Assembly: GCA_030390025.1 (NCBI GenBank)
Contig: CM059431.1
Location: 120,778,001-120,842,000, forward strand
From: Squalus acanthias
Lineage: Eukaryota
Length of the DNA: 64,000 nucleotides
Direction of reading: 5' to 3'
Shown piece after piece: positions 1-12,460 of this stretch; position 1 is the first letter of the stretch; every line of letters begins with the position of its first letter. Position numbers and translations under genes: made by a program. Below the pieces are notes generated by a model. That model was not told the DNA's origin. It saw only the letters and a program-made list of their open reading frames with translations, and ran no database searches.

Positions 1-700
1 AGTTCAGGAATAGGGCAGGGGGGGAATCTTTGGGAAAGCTTGGCTTGGTGGGCACGGGAAAGGGATGGATGAAGCAGAGGCAGTTGAATAGATGGTCTCA
101 ATTATAGTGGCAAAAAAGTTCATGAGCTCCTCGCATTTGTTGTTGGAGGTGAATGTGGAGGGGGCAGGGGAGAGTGGTTAAAGGAGATGGTTGATAGTGA
201 AGAGAAGCCAGTGGTTATCTTTGCATTCTAGGCTGATCCTGGAGTAGTGAACATTTCTGGCAGAGGAGAGCAGCACCCAGTGGTGCTTGATGCGATCAAG
301 CCAGATCTGGCAATGAATGACAAAACCAATGTGCCATATATGTTCAAGTCTGTGCTCCTTAGACGTAAGGGAGCAAAGATGATGGCCGTACCAGGGGGAA
401 TGACCAGGGTGGGAGAGAGGAAATGTTTCACTGGGATCAAGGGCATCAAAGGTGGAAGTGATGGAGTGATTGAGCAGATCAACACCTGCAGATATATTGT
501 GAGGAACAGAGGGCTAAAGGCTAGACAATTAGAAGTTTTAAAGAGAGTGGCAAGATTAGCACCCAGCACGTGCTCTGGGTGGAAAGGTCAGCAGGTGAGG
601 AGGATGGCAGTTGGAGTTGCTGCTCGTAAGGAGGCAGCGACAAGTGCCTCGATGGATAAATGCAAGTCAGAGGACGTCATGACCAAACTGTTCAGTTCTG
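1..700 (-). mobile_element. L2-clade LINE ORF2 fragment (degraded)
   Basis: Minus-strand reading gives HYSRISLECKDN..LLF..INHLL..SNNKCEELMNFFAT, resembling the endonuclease-RT linker of L2 ORF2; multiple frameshifts; boundaries approximate. Confidence 0.55.
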
Positions 701-734
701 GTCACTGAGACACAGAGGAAACATTCAAGCACAG

Positions 735-990
735 GAAATAGTGCAAAATAGAGCTAAAAGATTGATCCCTCGGGCCAATGGTCTAAGTTATGAGGACAAC
801 AGAGAAGCCTGGGTTTTTCTGCCTGGAAATTCGGTGTCAGAGAAATTTATAGAGGTTATAAAAGAAAGTTGAGAGTGGAAAAGCTAAACTCTGAATATTA
901 TTTGAAGTTAAATAACAAGAGTAGGACACAAGAGCATTGATTCAAACTAGTAAAAGGTAAATTTAGATTGGATGAATAGTCTTCATGTAA
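735..990 (+). mobile_element. Old CR1 3' ORF2 remnant
   Basis: VQNRAKRLIP..GLSYED followed by RT..H..KL.K.KFR-like CR1 C-terminal motifs, heavily decayed. Confidence 0.5.
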
Positions 991-1277
991 AACTATCTTG
1001 TAATCTTTGAATCATGGAAAAATCAGTAGGAATCACAAGGATAGCTAATGTGTGAATCGATGTTGGGGAAAAGAGAACAATTTTATAATGCAAAGGAATA
1101 GCTTAAAGTGTAAAATAAAAACTAGTTTATACAACTGGCTTGGGATCAAGGAATGTTTACTATTAAGAATGGCAACCTTTGAATTCAAGGTGGAACCTGA
1201 AGAAAAGTTCTCTGCCTTTGTCACAATATTCCCTTCTACTTTTTAATGCTTTACTATTTCTCTCCTTGAAATTTCTC

Positions 1278-3434
1278 ATCCGTGGCTAAGTAAAGAAATT
1301 AAGGATAGTATTCGACTAAAAACAAGGTAGCCAAATCTAGTGGGAGGATAGAGGATTGGGAAAACTTTAAAAGACAGCAAAAAATAACAAAAAGATTGAT
1401 TAAGAAAGGGAGGATAGATTATGAAAGTAAATTAGCAAAAAATATAAAAACAGATAGTAAGAGTTTTTATAGTTATATAAAAAGAAAAAGGGTGGCTAAA
1501 GTAAATGTTGGTCCCTTAGAGGATGAGACCGGGAAATTAATGGTGAGAAATATGGAGATGGCAAAAACACTGAATGAATATTTTGTATCAGTCTTTACAG
1601 TAGAGGACACTAAGAATATCCCAACACTGGACAAACAGGGGGCTATAGGGGGGGAGGAGCTAAACACGATCAAAATCACTAAGGAAGTGGTACTCGGTAA
1701 AATAATGGGACTCAAGGCGGATAAATCACCTGGACCTGATGGCTTACATCCTAGGGTCTTGAGGGAAGTGGCGGTAGGGATTGTGGATGCATTGGTAATA
1801 ATTTTCCAAAACTCCCTGGACTCAGCAAAGATCCCGGCAGACTGGAAAACTGCTAATGTAACACCCTTATTTAAAAAGGGCAGTAGACAGAAAGCTGGAA
1901 ACTATAGACCGGTTAGCCTAACATCTGTGGTAGGTAAAATTTTGGAGTCCATTATTAAGGAGACAGTAACGGGACATTTGGATAATTATAATTTAATAGG
2001 ACAAAGTCAGCATGGTTTTATGAAGGGGAAGTCATGTTTGACAAATTTGTTGGAGTTCTTTGAGGAAGTAACATACAGGGTGGATAAAGGGGAACCAGTG
2101 GATGTGGTGTATTTAGACTTCCAAAAGGCATTTGACAAGGTGCCACACAAAAGATTATTGCTCAAGATAAAAAATCACGGGATTGGGGGTAATATTCTGG
2201 CATGGATAGAGGATTGGCTATCTAACAGAAGGCAGAGAGCTGGGATAAATGGTTCATTCTCAGACTGGCAATCAGTAACTAGTGGTGTTCTGCAGGGGTC
2301 AGTGCTGGGTCCCCAACTCTTTATAATCTATATTAACGATTTGGAGGAGGGGACCGAGTGTAACATATCAAAGTTTGCAGATGATACTAAGATGGGAGGG
2401 AAAGTAGTGAGTGAGGAGGACATAAAAAATCTGCAAGGGGACTTAGACAGGCTAAGGAAGTGGGCAGAGATTTGGCAGATGGAATACAATACTGGAAAGT
2501 GTGAGGTTATGCACATTGGCAGGAAAAATAGTGAGCAAGTTATTATCTAAATGGCAAGAAACTGGAAAGTACTGAAGTACAAAGGGATCTGGGGGTCCTG
2601 GTGCACGAAACTCAAAAGGTTAGTATGCAGGTGCAGCAAGTGATTAAGAAGGCCAATGGAATGTTGGCTTTCATTGCTAGGGGGATAGAATATAAAAATA
2701 GGGAGGTATTGCTTCAGTTGTACAAGGTATTAGTGAGACCGCACCTGGAATACTGCGTACAGTTTTGGTGTCCATACTTAAGAAAAGGCATACTTGCTCT
2801 CGAGTCAGTACAAAGAAGGTTCACTCGGTTAATCCCGGGGATGAGGGGATGGACATATGAGGAGAGGTTGGGTAGATTGGGTCTCTACTCATTGGAGTTC
2901 AGAAGAATGAGAGGCGATCTTATTGAAACATATAAGATTGTGAAGGGGTTGGATCGGGTGGATGTTCCCGATGATGGGTGAAACTAGAACTAGGGGACAT
3001 AGTCTTAGAATAAGGGGCTGCTCTTTCAAAACTGAGATGAGGAGGAACTACTTCACTCAGAGGGTGGTAGGTCCATGGAATATGCTGCCCCAAAAAGCTG
3101 TAGAATCAACATCATTACATAAATTTAAAAAAGAAATAGACAGTTTCCTAGAAGTAAAGGGAATTAAGGGTTACGGGGAGCGGGCAGGAATTTGGACATG
3201 AGTCTAGGTTCGGATCGGTCAATGCCCTGTGGGTAGCGGAGCGGGCCCAGGGGCCGTGTAGCCTGATCCTGCTCCTATTTCATGTGTCCAATTATGTTAG
3301 ATTCAGGAGATGGTTCTGTGATAGTAGATTGGCGGTTGGGATCAGATCAGCCATGATCTTATTGAATGGCGGAACAGGCTCGAGGGGCCAATTGGCCTAC
3401 TCCTGCTCCTATTTCTTATGTTCTTATGTTCTTA
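1278..3434 (+). mobile_element. 5'-truncated CR1 LINE (RT region, frameshifted)
   Basis: ORFs 1396-2550, 2601-2981 and 2962-3201 with [46 protein letters not shown]; 3' tail (TTCTTATG)n ending ~3434. Confidence 0.95.
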
Positions 3435-3487
3435 AAAAGCAGTCAGGGTAATTTTAACATTGAATGATAGTGTAAAATTGGCAAAAT

Positions 3488-4710
3488 CATAAGAACATAA
3501 GAACATAAGAAATAGGAGCAGGAGTAGGCCATTCGGCCCTTCGAGCCTGCTCAGCCATTCAATGAGATCATGGCTGATCTTCTGCCTCAACTCCATTCAC
3601 CGGCCCTATCGCCATATCCCTTGATGCCTTTACTAGTCAGAAATCTATCGACTTCTGTTTTGAATATACCCAATGACTGAGCCTCCACAGCCCTCTGGGG
3701 TAGAGAATTCCAAAGATTCACCACCCTCTGTGTGAAGAAATGTCTTCTCATCTCAGTCCTGAATGGCCTACCGTTTATCCTGAGGCTGTGGCCCCTGGTT
3801 CTAGACTTCCCAGCCAAGGAAACATTCTCCCAGCATCCACCCTATCAAGCCATGTAATAATTTTGTATGCTTCAATGAGATCCCTCTCATTCTTCTGAAT
3901 TCAAGAGAATACAGGCCTAGTTTACTCAATCTCTTCTCATACGACAGTCCCGCCATCCCAGGACTCAATCTCATGAATCTTCGTTGCACTCCCGCTATGG
4001 CAAGTATATCCTTCCTTAGGTAAGGAGACCAAAATTGTACACAGTACTCCAGGTGTGGTCTCACCAAGGCCCTATATAATTGGAGTAAGACTTCTTTACT
4101 CCTGTACTCAAATCCTCTTGTAATGAAGGCCAGCATACCATTTGCCTTCCTAATGACTTGCTGCACCTGCACATTCACTTTCAGTGACTCATGTACAAGG
4201 ACACCCAGGTCCCTTTGAGCATCTGCATTCCCGAATCTTTCACCATTTAGGAAATACTCTGCCTTTCTGTTTTTATCTACCAAAGTGGATAACTTCACAT
4301 TTATCCACATTATATTCTATCTGCCATGTTCTCGCCCCCTCACTGAGCCTGTCGAGATCCCCTTGAAGCCTCTTCACAACTGACACTGCCACCTAGCTTT
4401 GTATCATCAGCAAATTTGGAAATGTTACATTTAGTCCCCTCATCCAAATCATTGATATAGATTGTGAATTGCTGGGGCCCAAGCACCGATCCTTGCGGTA
4501 CCCCACTAGTCACAGCTTGCCATCCTGAAAAAGACCCGTTTATCCCTACTCTTTGTTTTCTGTCTTTTAACCAATTCTCAATCCATGCTAGTATATTACC
4601 CCCAATTCCATGTGCCCTAATTTTGTTCACCAACCTCTTGTGTGGGACCTTATCGAAGGCCTTCTGAAAATCCAAATACACCACATCTACCGGTTCCCCT
4701 TTGTCTATCA
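3488..4710 (-). mobile_element. 5'-truncated CR1 LINE
   Basis: (CATAAGAA)n tail at 3488; minus ORFs 4340-4711, 3801-4310 and 3587-3817 with CR1 RT motifs. Confidence 0.95.
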
Positions 4711-7021
4711 AATTTGCTGCCCATCATATACCCGCCGAGTGATTTCCTTGTTCTATAATATAACATTTCCTCTTTGATCTCCACAGATACAGAACTGTGC
4801 AACCATTTTCTGGTTTCTTCTTTTTCTCACTACCATGTCGAGTTCCCAATAATCTTAATTAGAGAAAGACGGAAGAGGAAATTTCTGGAAAATAATCCAA
4901 GGAAAATTTTAATTTTATTTATAATTTTTCCACTTTTTTAAAATCTCAGTCATAGATTTCTTGCTTTGAGCGGAGAAAGCTTTCTATCAACTTTATTTTT
5001 CTATACTTTTGTATGACTGTTTCCTGTTAACTGACACGGCTTTGATAGTTTTCAGTCCTCAGTGCTGCATTTTTCCATTCAAAGAATCCAGCTGGATACC
5101 TCGACAATCTACAGTGCAGATGGTACAATTTAAAATAACAACCCCTCGACTGCCCTTTTCTATGCCATCTGGTTACTATATATCTCTTCCCACAGTTCTG
5201 TACCCAAATTTCAGTAGTAACACTTTGAATTCATCAATTTGTTTTTAAATTTCAAAATCATACCATCCATCACTTTGTCTTCCATTCATTAAGAACAAGC
5301 AAAGCTAGAACAATACCACACCCAGACAGTTATTGGATTACCCATTACATGATGATGGATTGATCACTGTGCAAAGTGATCCTGCGATGTGCTGCACGGA
5401 CCCAGTTTACAAAGTGCTTCCAGGTGAAAGAAAAGGAACAAAATTACACCATTCGCTCGCAAGAAATAGAAAGCTGCTTGAAATATGGTGCTGGGTTATA
5501 ATGGGACAGATAGGTGCATGCTAATGGAATTCTTCTGTACTCTCGGCCTGAAGTAATAATGCTTGTTTTATAAGAATTCAGAGTCATCATCCCTCAGGAT
5601 AATATTGTTGCTTGCCATCAAGGAAAGATCTGGTGCTTCTCTGCTTGCACGTGTTGCAGATGGTTGACTAAAATGCTTGCAGCCAAGTTCTGAAATAGGG
5701 GCATCAGTCATCTTCTGATCACGATACGCTGGGTTATTGCAAAGATTAAAGCAGCAGCATCATGTCCTTTTCCTGCATCAGAAGATGGGTGCAGTCAAAC
5801 ACACTGGGGTAATAAAAGCTGATGGTCTTCAGCTGATGTTTAAGTGACCTTTAAGAGGTATTGATACTTATGTAGATTTAACAATGTGAATTTTATCTTC
5901 AGGTGTTAAGGTTTGAGTGATGGTTTGCAATTGCATTTTGAACCCTGATCTGAAACTTTAATAGACCTGAATTTGGTAATACTCAGGCATTTTGACTTTA
6001 CTGTTACATCTATTTTGTTTGGTACCAAAAACAATTTACTGTAGGTAATAATATATACATGACGGTTGGTCATGATTCAATGGCAAGCTTTAATAAAATA
6101 TTTTTGTAACTGCTGGGCAGCCCTCGCGTTATATAGCAGTCCCAGAGAGACTCTGGAATTGAAAAACAACTTTTTTTAAAACAATGCTTTATTTAGGTTC
6201 TATTATTTACTGTTGGTTATGACTGTAATGGAGAGTGAAAATTGATAAATTTGCTTTATAGCATGCATTTTATGCAATTTAATGTCATTCACTAGTTTAT
6301 AACCAACTGTTCCCCAAAATATATAATCTATGAAGTGTACACTTTCTTTTCATGACTCATGTCATAATGGTCCTTCATGAATTAATTTAGTCCTTCATCT
6401 CAGGTAAATTATTTCTCAGTATTTGTCAAAAAAATGTCACTTTCCACTTGGCAAAATTGAGTTCAGTGTGGTTAGTGATTCAAGCATTCAGTCACACTGT
6501 AAATTATATAACTGCATGATTATGTGAAAATTGCTTTGACAGTCACTTTTATTAGAGTGATACACACAATAAAAGGGATATTATTCCTTCATGGTCAACA
6601 CCATTTCAGGAGAACATCCTATACATATATTGTTGTTTATTAACTGCCGACCCATTATTGTCATTTGCTTCCTTTACAATCTCTGCCCATAGGAAGACAG
6701 ACAATCTCATTAATCCGAAATGTGTAGAAGTGCAGAGAGGATGTAGAACTGACATTTCAAAGTCAGCATGTAACTAATGAGGAAAAGAAAAAACTTGTTC
6801 CAATTCATATAGCTTACCATCCACAGTCACTAATTTAAAATGAGCTTTTCATTAAATACAAACTCTTAACTTCACCCAAAGTGGATGTTAGAAAGTCAGC
6901 AAAATTAACTTAATCTTAAAAAAATGCAAATAAAATTTCTAAGCGGCACAGGCCAACAGTTTGCACAAAATAAGTCATTCAGCGAATGGATAATAGCATA
7001 CATACCTCAACATTGATAGTG

Positions 7022-7622
7022 AACAACAACAACAACAACAATAACTTGTATTTATATAGCACCTTTGACATAGTAAAATGTCCCAAGCTGCTTCACAGGA
7101 GTGTTATAAGACAAAAAATTGACACTGAGCCACATAAGGAGGAATTAGGGCAGATGACCAAAAGCTTGGTCAAAGAGGTAGGTTTTGAAGGGGGTTCCCA
7201 GGAGTGTGTCAGTATTTGAAGAGGATTCCCAGGAGTGTGTCAGTATTTGAAGGGGCTTCCCAGGAGTGTGTCAGTATTTGAAGGGGATTCCCAGGAGTGT
7301 GTCAGTATTTGTCTGGGATTCCCAGGAGTGTGTCAGTATTTGTCTGGGATTCCCAGGAGTGTGTCAGTATTTGTCGGGGATTCCCAAAAGGAGGAAAGAG
7401 AGGTAGGGAGGCAGAAAGGTTTAGGAAGGGAATTCCAGAGCATGGGCCTAGGCAACAGAAGGCATGGCCACCAATGGTTGAGCGATTATAATCAGGGATA
7501 CTCAAGAGCGCAGAATTAGAGGAGTGCAGATATCTCGGGGGGGTTGTGGGGCTGGAGGAGATTACAGAGATAAGGAGGGGTGAGGCCATAGAGGGATTTT
7601 AAAACAAGGATAAGAATTTTGA
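7022..7622 (-). mobile_element. L2-type LINE 3' end
   Basis: (AAC)n tail then CTTGTATTTATATAGCACCTTT..; colinear with a second copy at 45153-45555. Confidence 0.7.
7184..7385. repeat. 31-bp minisatellite, ~6.5 copies
   Basis: Unit TTTG(AAGG/TCTG)GGATTCCCAGGAGTGTGTCAGTA repeated head-to-tail. Confidence 0.95.
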
Positions 7623-8190
7623 AACACAAAATAAGCCATTGAGTGACACAAACTGTATAGTCACAGGAATTGTAACATCCACCAGCTGAGTGGTTTTATT
7701 TTGCACATTAAATCCCAGCACACAATGTAAATCCAATTCACAGTTCTGATTTCAGTTAAATTAATCTGGGGATTGTTAAGAGTTTAGATGTAATGAAAAT
7801 AGAACAGTTAAACTCCTTCAAAACAAACTTTATCATAATAATTTAGAATGAAAAGGCATATATTAGGAGTAGATCGGTTATAAACAAACTGCTCGTCTAA
7901 AAATTTCAAAAAACAAAAGTTGTATTTGTACCTCTGCAAATATTACTACTTGTAAAATTGAAATATGTTGTACAAAAATAATTTATGAACTCCTTTTCAG
8001 TTGCTTCTGCCTAATTCCATTCCCTCTGCAGGCCACTGAAACCATTACTGTGCACTTGTGTTAAAACTGTGGTTTGATGGTTGGGAATCCAATGTACTTA
8101 TAAGCTGCACTCTTGCTGAATCTGCAGTTATCTCGAACATGTTTGGTGTTGAACACTGCAATACTACACAGTGCAAGTCACTAGCTGGTT

Positions 8191-11100
8191 AAAGAAATAC
8201 AAGAAAAACAAGGGTGTGGCGAGAATGAGGAACTTAAAGAAATACGAGAAAACCAAGGGTGTGGCGAGAATGAGGAACCTAAAGAAATTATTATTAGTAA
8301 AAAAACAGTACTAGCAAAATTAATGGGAATAAAAGTCGATAAATCCCAAGGACCGGATGACCTACATCCTAGGGTTTTGAAAGAGGTGGCCATTGGGATA
8401 CTGGACGCATTGGTTGTCATCTTCCAAAACTCTATAGATTCTGGAATGGTTCCTGCAGATTGGAGGATAGCAAATGTAATCCCGCTATTTAAGAAAGGAG
8501 GGAGAGAGAAAACGGGGAACTACAGAACTGTTAGCCTCACATCAGTAGTTGGGAAAATGCTGGAATCTATTATAAAGGATGCAATAACTGTGCACTTAGA
8601 AACTAATAGTAAGATTGGGCAGAGTCAACATGGATTTATGAAAGGGAAATCCTGTTTGACAAACCTATTGGAGTTCTTTGAGGATGTAACTAGTGGAGTA
8701 GACAAAGGGGAACCGGTAGATGTGGTGTATTTGGATTTTCAGAAGGCCTTCGATAAGGTCCCACACAAGAGGTTGGTGAACAAAATTAGGGCACATGGAA
8801 TTGGGGGTAATATACTAGCATGGATTGAGAATTGGTTAACAGACAGAAAACAAAGAGTAGGGATAAACGAGTCTTTTTCAGGATGGCAGGCTGTGACTAG
8901 TGGGGTACCGCAAGGATCGGTGCTTGGGCCCCAGCTATTCACAATCTATATCAATGATTTGGATGAAGGGACTAAATGTAACATTTCCAAATTTGCTGAT
9001 GATACAAAGCTAGGTGGCAGTGTCTGTTGTGAAGAGGATGTGAAGAGGCTTCAGGGGGATCTCGACAGGCTCCGTGAGTGGGCGAGAACATGGCAGATGG
9101 AATATAATGTGGATAAATGTGAAGTTATCCACTTTGGTAGAAAATACAGAAAGGCAGAGTATTTCCTAAATGGTGAAAGATTGGGGAATGCAGATGCTCA
9201 AAGGGACCTGGGTGTCCTTATACATGAGTCACTGAAAGTGAATGTGCAGGTGCAGCAAGCCATTAGGAAAGCAAATGGTATGCTGGCCTTCATTACAAGA
9301 GGATTTGAGTACAGGAGTAAAGAAGTCTTACTCCAATTATATAGGGCCTTGGTGAGACCACACCTGGAGTACTGTGTACAATTTTGGTCTCCTTACCTAA
9401 GGAAGGATATACTTGCCATAGAGGGAGTGCAACGAAGGTTCACGAGATTGATTCCTGGGATAGAAACATAGAAGATAGGAGCAGGAGTAGACCATTCGGC
9501 CCCTCGAGCCTGCTCCGCCATTCGATGAGATCATGGCTGATCATCCAAACTCATTACCCTGTACCTGTCTGCTCTCCATATCCCTTGATACCTTTAGCTT
9601 TAAGAAATATATCTAACTCATTCTTGAATATATTTAATGACTTCGCCTCAACTACCTTCTGTGGTAGAGAATTCCACAGGTTCACCACTCTCTGGGTGAA
9701 GAAATTCTTCCTCATTTCTGTCCTAAATGGCTTACCCGTTATCCTTAGATTATGACCCCTGGTTCTGGACTCTCCGACCATCGGGAACATTCTTCCTGCA
9801 TCTAGTTTGTCCAGACCTGTCAGAATTTTATATGTTTCGATGAGATCCCCTCTCATTCTTCTATACTCCAGCGAGTATAAGCCCAATCGACCCAATCTCT
9901 CCTCATATGTCATTCCTGCCATCCCAGGTATCAGCCTTGTGAATCTTCGCTGAACTCCTTCCATGGCAAAAACATCCTTCCTCAGATAAGGCAACCAAAA
10001 CTGCACACAGTACTCAAGGTGTGGTCTCACCAAGGCCCTGTACAACTGCAGCAGGACATCCCTGTTCCAATACTCAAACCCTTTCGTTATGAAGGCCAAC
10101 ATACCATTTGCCTTCTTCACCGCCTGCTGCACCTGCATGCTTACTTTCAGCGACTGGTGCACAAGGACACCCAGGTCTCGTTGCACTTCCCCTTCTCCCA
10201 ATCTATTGCCATTCAGATAATAGTCTGCCTTTCTGTTTTTGACACCAAAGTGGATAACCTCGCACTTATCCACGTTATATTGCATCTGCCATGCTTCTGC
10301 CCACTCACCCAACCTGTCCAAATCATCCTGGAGTTTCTCGGTATCCTCCTCGCAGCACACACTCCCACCCAGCTTTGTGTCATCTGCAAACTTGGAGATA
10401 TTACATTTAGTTCCCTTATCTAGATCATTAATGTATATTGTGAATAGCTGGGGTCCAAGGACCGATCCCTGCAGTACCCCACTAGTCACTGCTTGCCACT
10501 CGGAAAAAGACCCATTAATTCCTACTCTCTGCTTTCTGTCCGCCAACCAGTTCTCAACCCAAGTCAATACCTTGCCCCCAATCCCATGTGCCTTAACTTT
10601 ACCCGCTAATCTCTTATGCGGGACCTTATCGAAAGCCTTTTGAAAGTCCAAATACACCACATCTACTGGTTCTCCCTTATCTATTTTCCCAGTTACATCC
10701 TCAAAAAATTCCAGTGGATTAGTCAAGCACGATTTACCTTTTGTAAAACCATGTTGACTTTTTCCGATCCTGTCACTATTTTTCAAGTGCTCAGCTATTA
10801 CATCCTTTATAATGGACTCTAGCATTTTCCCACTACCGATGTCAGGCTTACCGGTCTATAATTCCCCGCTTTCTCTCTACCACCCTTTTTGAATAGTGGG
10901 GTAACATTAGCTACCCTCCAATCCATGGGTACAGTTCCAGATTCCATCGAATGTTGGAAGATGATCAGCAGGCGGGACTGTCGTATGAGAAGAGATTGAG
11001 GAAACTATGCTTGTATTCTCTTGAATTCAGAAGAATGAGAGGTTCTTCCCTTGGCTGGAAAGTCTAGAACCAGGGGCCACAGCCTCAGGATAAACAGTAG

Positions 11101-11375
11101 GCCATTCAGGACTGAAATGAGAAGAAATTTCTTCACACAGAGGGTGGTGAATCTTTGGAATTCTCTACCCCAGAGGGTTGTGGAGGCTCAGTCATTGGGT
11201 ATATTCAAAACAGAAGTCGATAGATTTCTGACTTGTAAAGGCATCAAGGGCTATGGCGATAGGGTCGGTGAATGGAGTTGAGGCAGAAGATCAGCCATGA
11301 TCTCATTGAATGGCGGAGCAGGCTCGAAGGGTCGCATGGCCTACTCCTGCTCCAATTTCTTATGTTCTTATGTTA
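8191..11375 (+). mobile_element. CR1 LINE (5'-truncated), split by a nested antisense CR1
   Basis: ORF 8323-9471 (RT); host sequence ATTCCTGGGAT|GGCGGGACTG resumes at 10971; ORF 11051-11281 and TTCTTATG tail. Confidence 0.95.
9462..10970 (-). mobile_element. Nested CR1 LINE with uninterrupted RT C-terminal ORF
   Basis: ORF 9554-10825 (423 aa) with FADD and RPHLEYCVQFW; tail AGAAACATAG at left junction. Confidence 0.95.
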
Positions 11376-11689
11376 AGAATTCTGTAACTGTAATTTGTAC
11401 ATTCTGAAGTTGCATAATGCAGATTATAAGAGCAGGCTCGAGAGGCCGTACAGCCTACTCCTGCTCCTATTTCTTATGATATATTAAGATGTAATTTTCA
11501 AATTACAAAAAGGATTCTAGCTGTTTGTAAGATAACAAAAAAAACTATCTTCCGAAGTTCAACTACATTCTTAATATTCTCCACAATCCATTCCTGCTAG
11601 CCTGATGTGCAGAATAACCCTCTACCCATTCCTTATGTTGGGAATTTATCATTTTGCTTGATCTCTTGTTGCGGAATCCTTCCTGGTTA

Positions 11690-12460
11690 CGAACATACGA
11701 AGTTGACGGGCGGAAAATGACCAGCTGGATCATCTAGCCTGCCCCATACCTCATGATGGCTAGAGCTGCCTGACTAAACACTTACCCAACCCCCTGCACC
11801 AACCCCACAGCCATGTAATCTCCGGGGAGAGAAAAACCAGGGGCAATAAGGGAAAAAATACTCTCCGAATTTCCTCTCCGACCCGCTCAGGTTATCAAAA
11901 CCAATCCAGGAGATCACATGGACCCAGTGTTATCTATAAAAACACTTGCCTTCTGTATGATGCAATCTCTGTCCCATTCAAGAACTGGTCCAGTTCCATC
12001 TTGAAGGCATTCAGAGAGTCAGCACCCACCACACCAGAGGCACACTGCTCTCTGGGAAAAGGACCACCTAATGTCTACTCCTACTCTTACATAGTTTAAA
12101 CTCATGTCTCCTGCTCCTCCCCAGTCTGTTAAACTGGAATAATCTATCAATAGGCACGCTCTCTAGCCCTTCAATTATTTTTATAGATCTTTATCAAGTC
12201 GCCTCTAAGTCTACACTGCTCTAAAGTAAATAGATCCTTAAGCCTTAGTAGCTGAGGTTTTATAAGCTAAGAATCATTCTCGTAGTTCCCCTTTGGACCT
12301 TTTCCAAGGCCATTAAATCACCCATCATGTGAGGGGACTAAAACTGGGCACAGTACTCCAGATGAGGTCTGACCTGCGACTTGTATACAGACCAAATGGT
12401 GTCCTTTGATTTATACTGAACGGTTCTATTATTATTCCTCATTACACCCTTATCTTTGCC
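11690..12460 (-). mobile_element. Older CR1-like LINE 3' part
   Basis: Reverse strand reads RPHLEYCAQF.SP-like motif (CAGTACTCCAGATGAGGTCTGACC); similar to 15859-16230. Confidence 0.6.

Noticed and set aside
4730..5170. Minus-strand coding-looking stretches (LYLWRSKRKCYIIEQG; CTICTVDCRGIQLDSLNGKMQH, vaguely zinc-finger-like)
   Set aside because: Interrupted by stops, motif incomplete, cannot be assigned without a database search
7184..7385. CRISPR-like array
   Set aside because: Units are contiguous with no unique spacers, no cas genes, eukaryotic context
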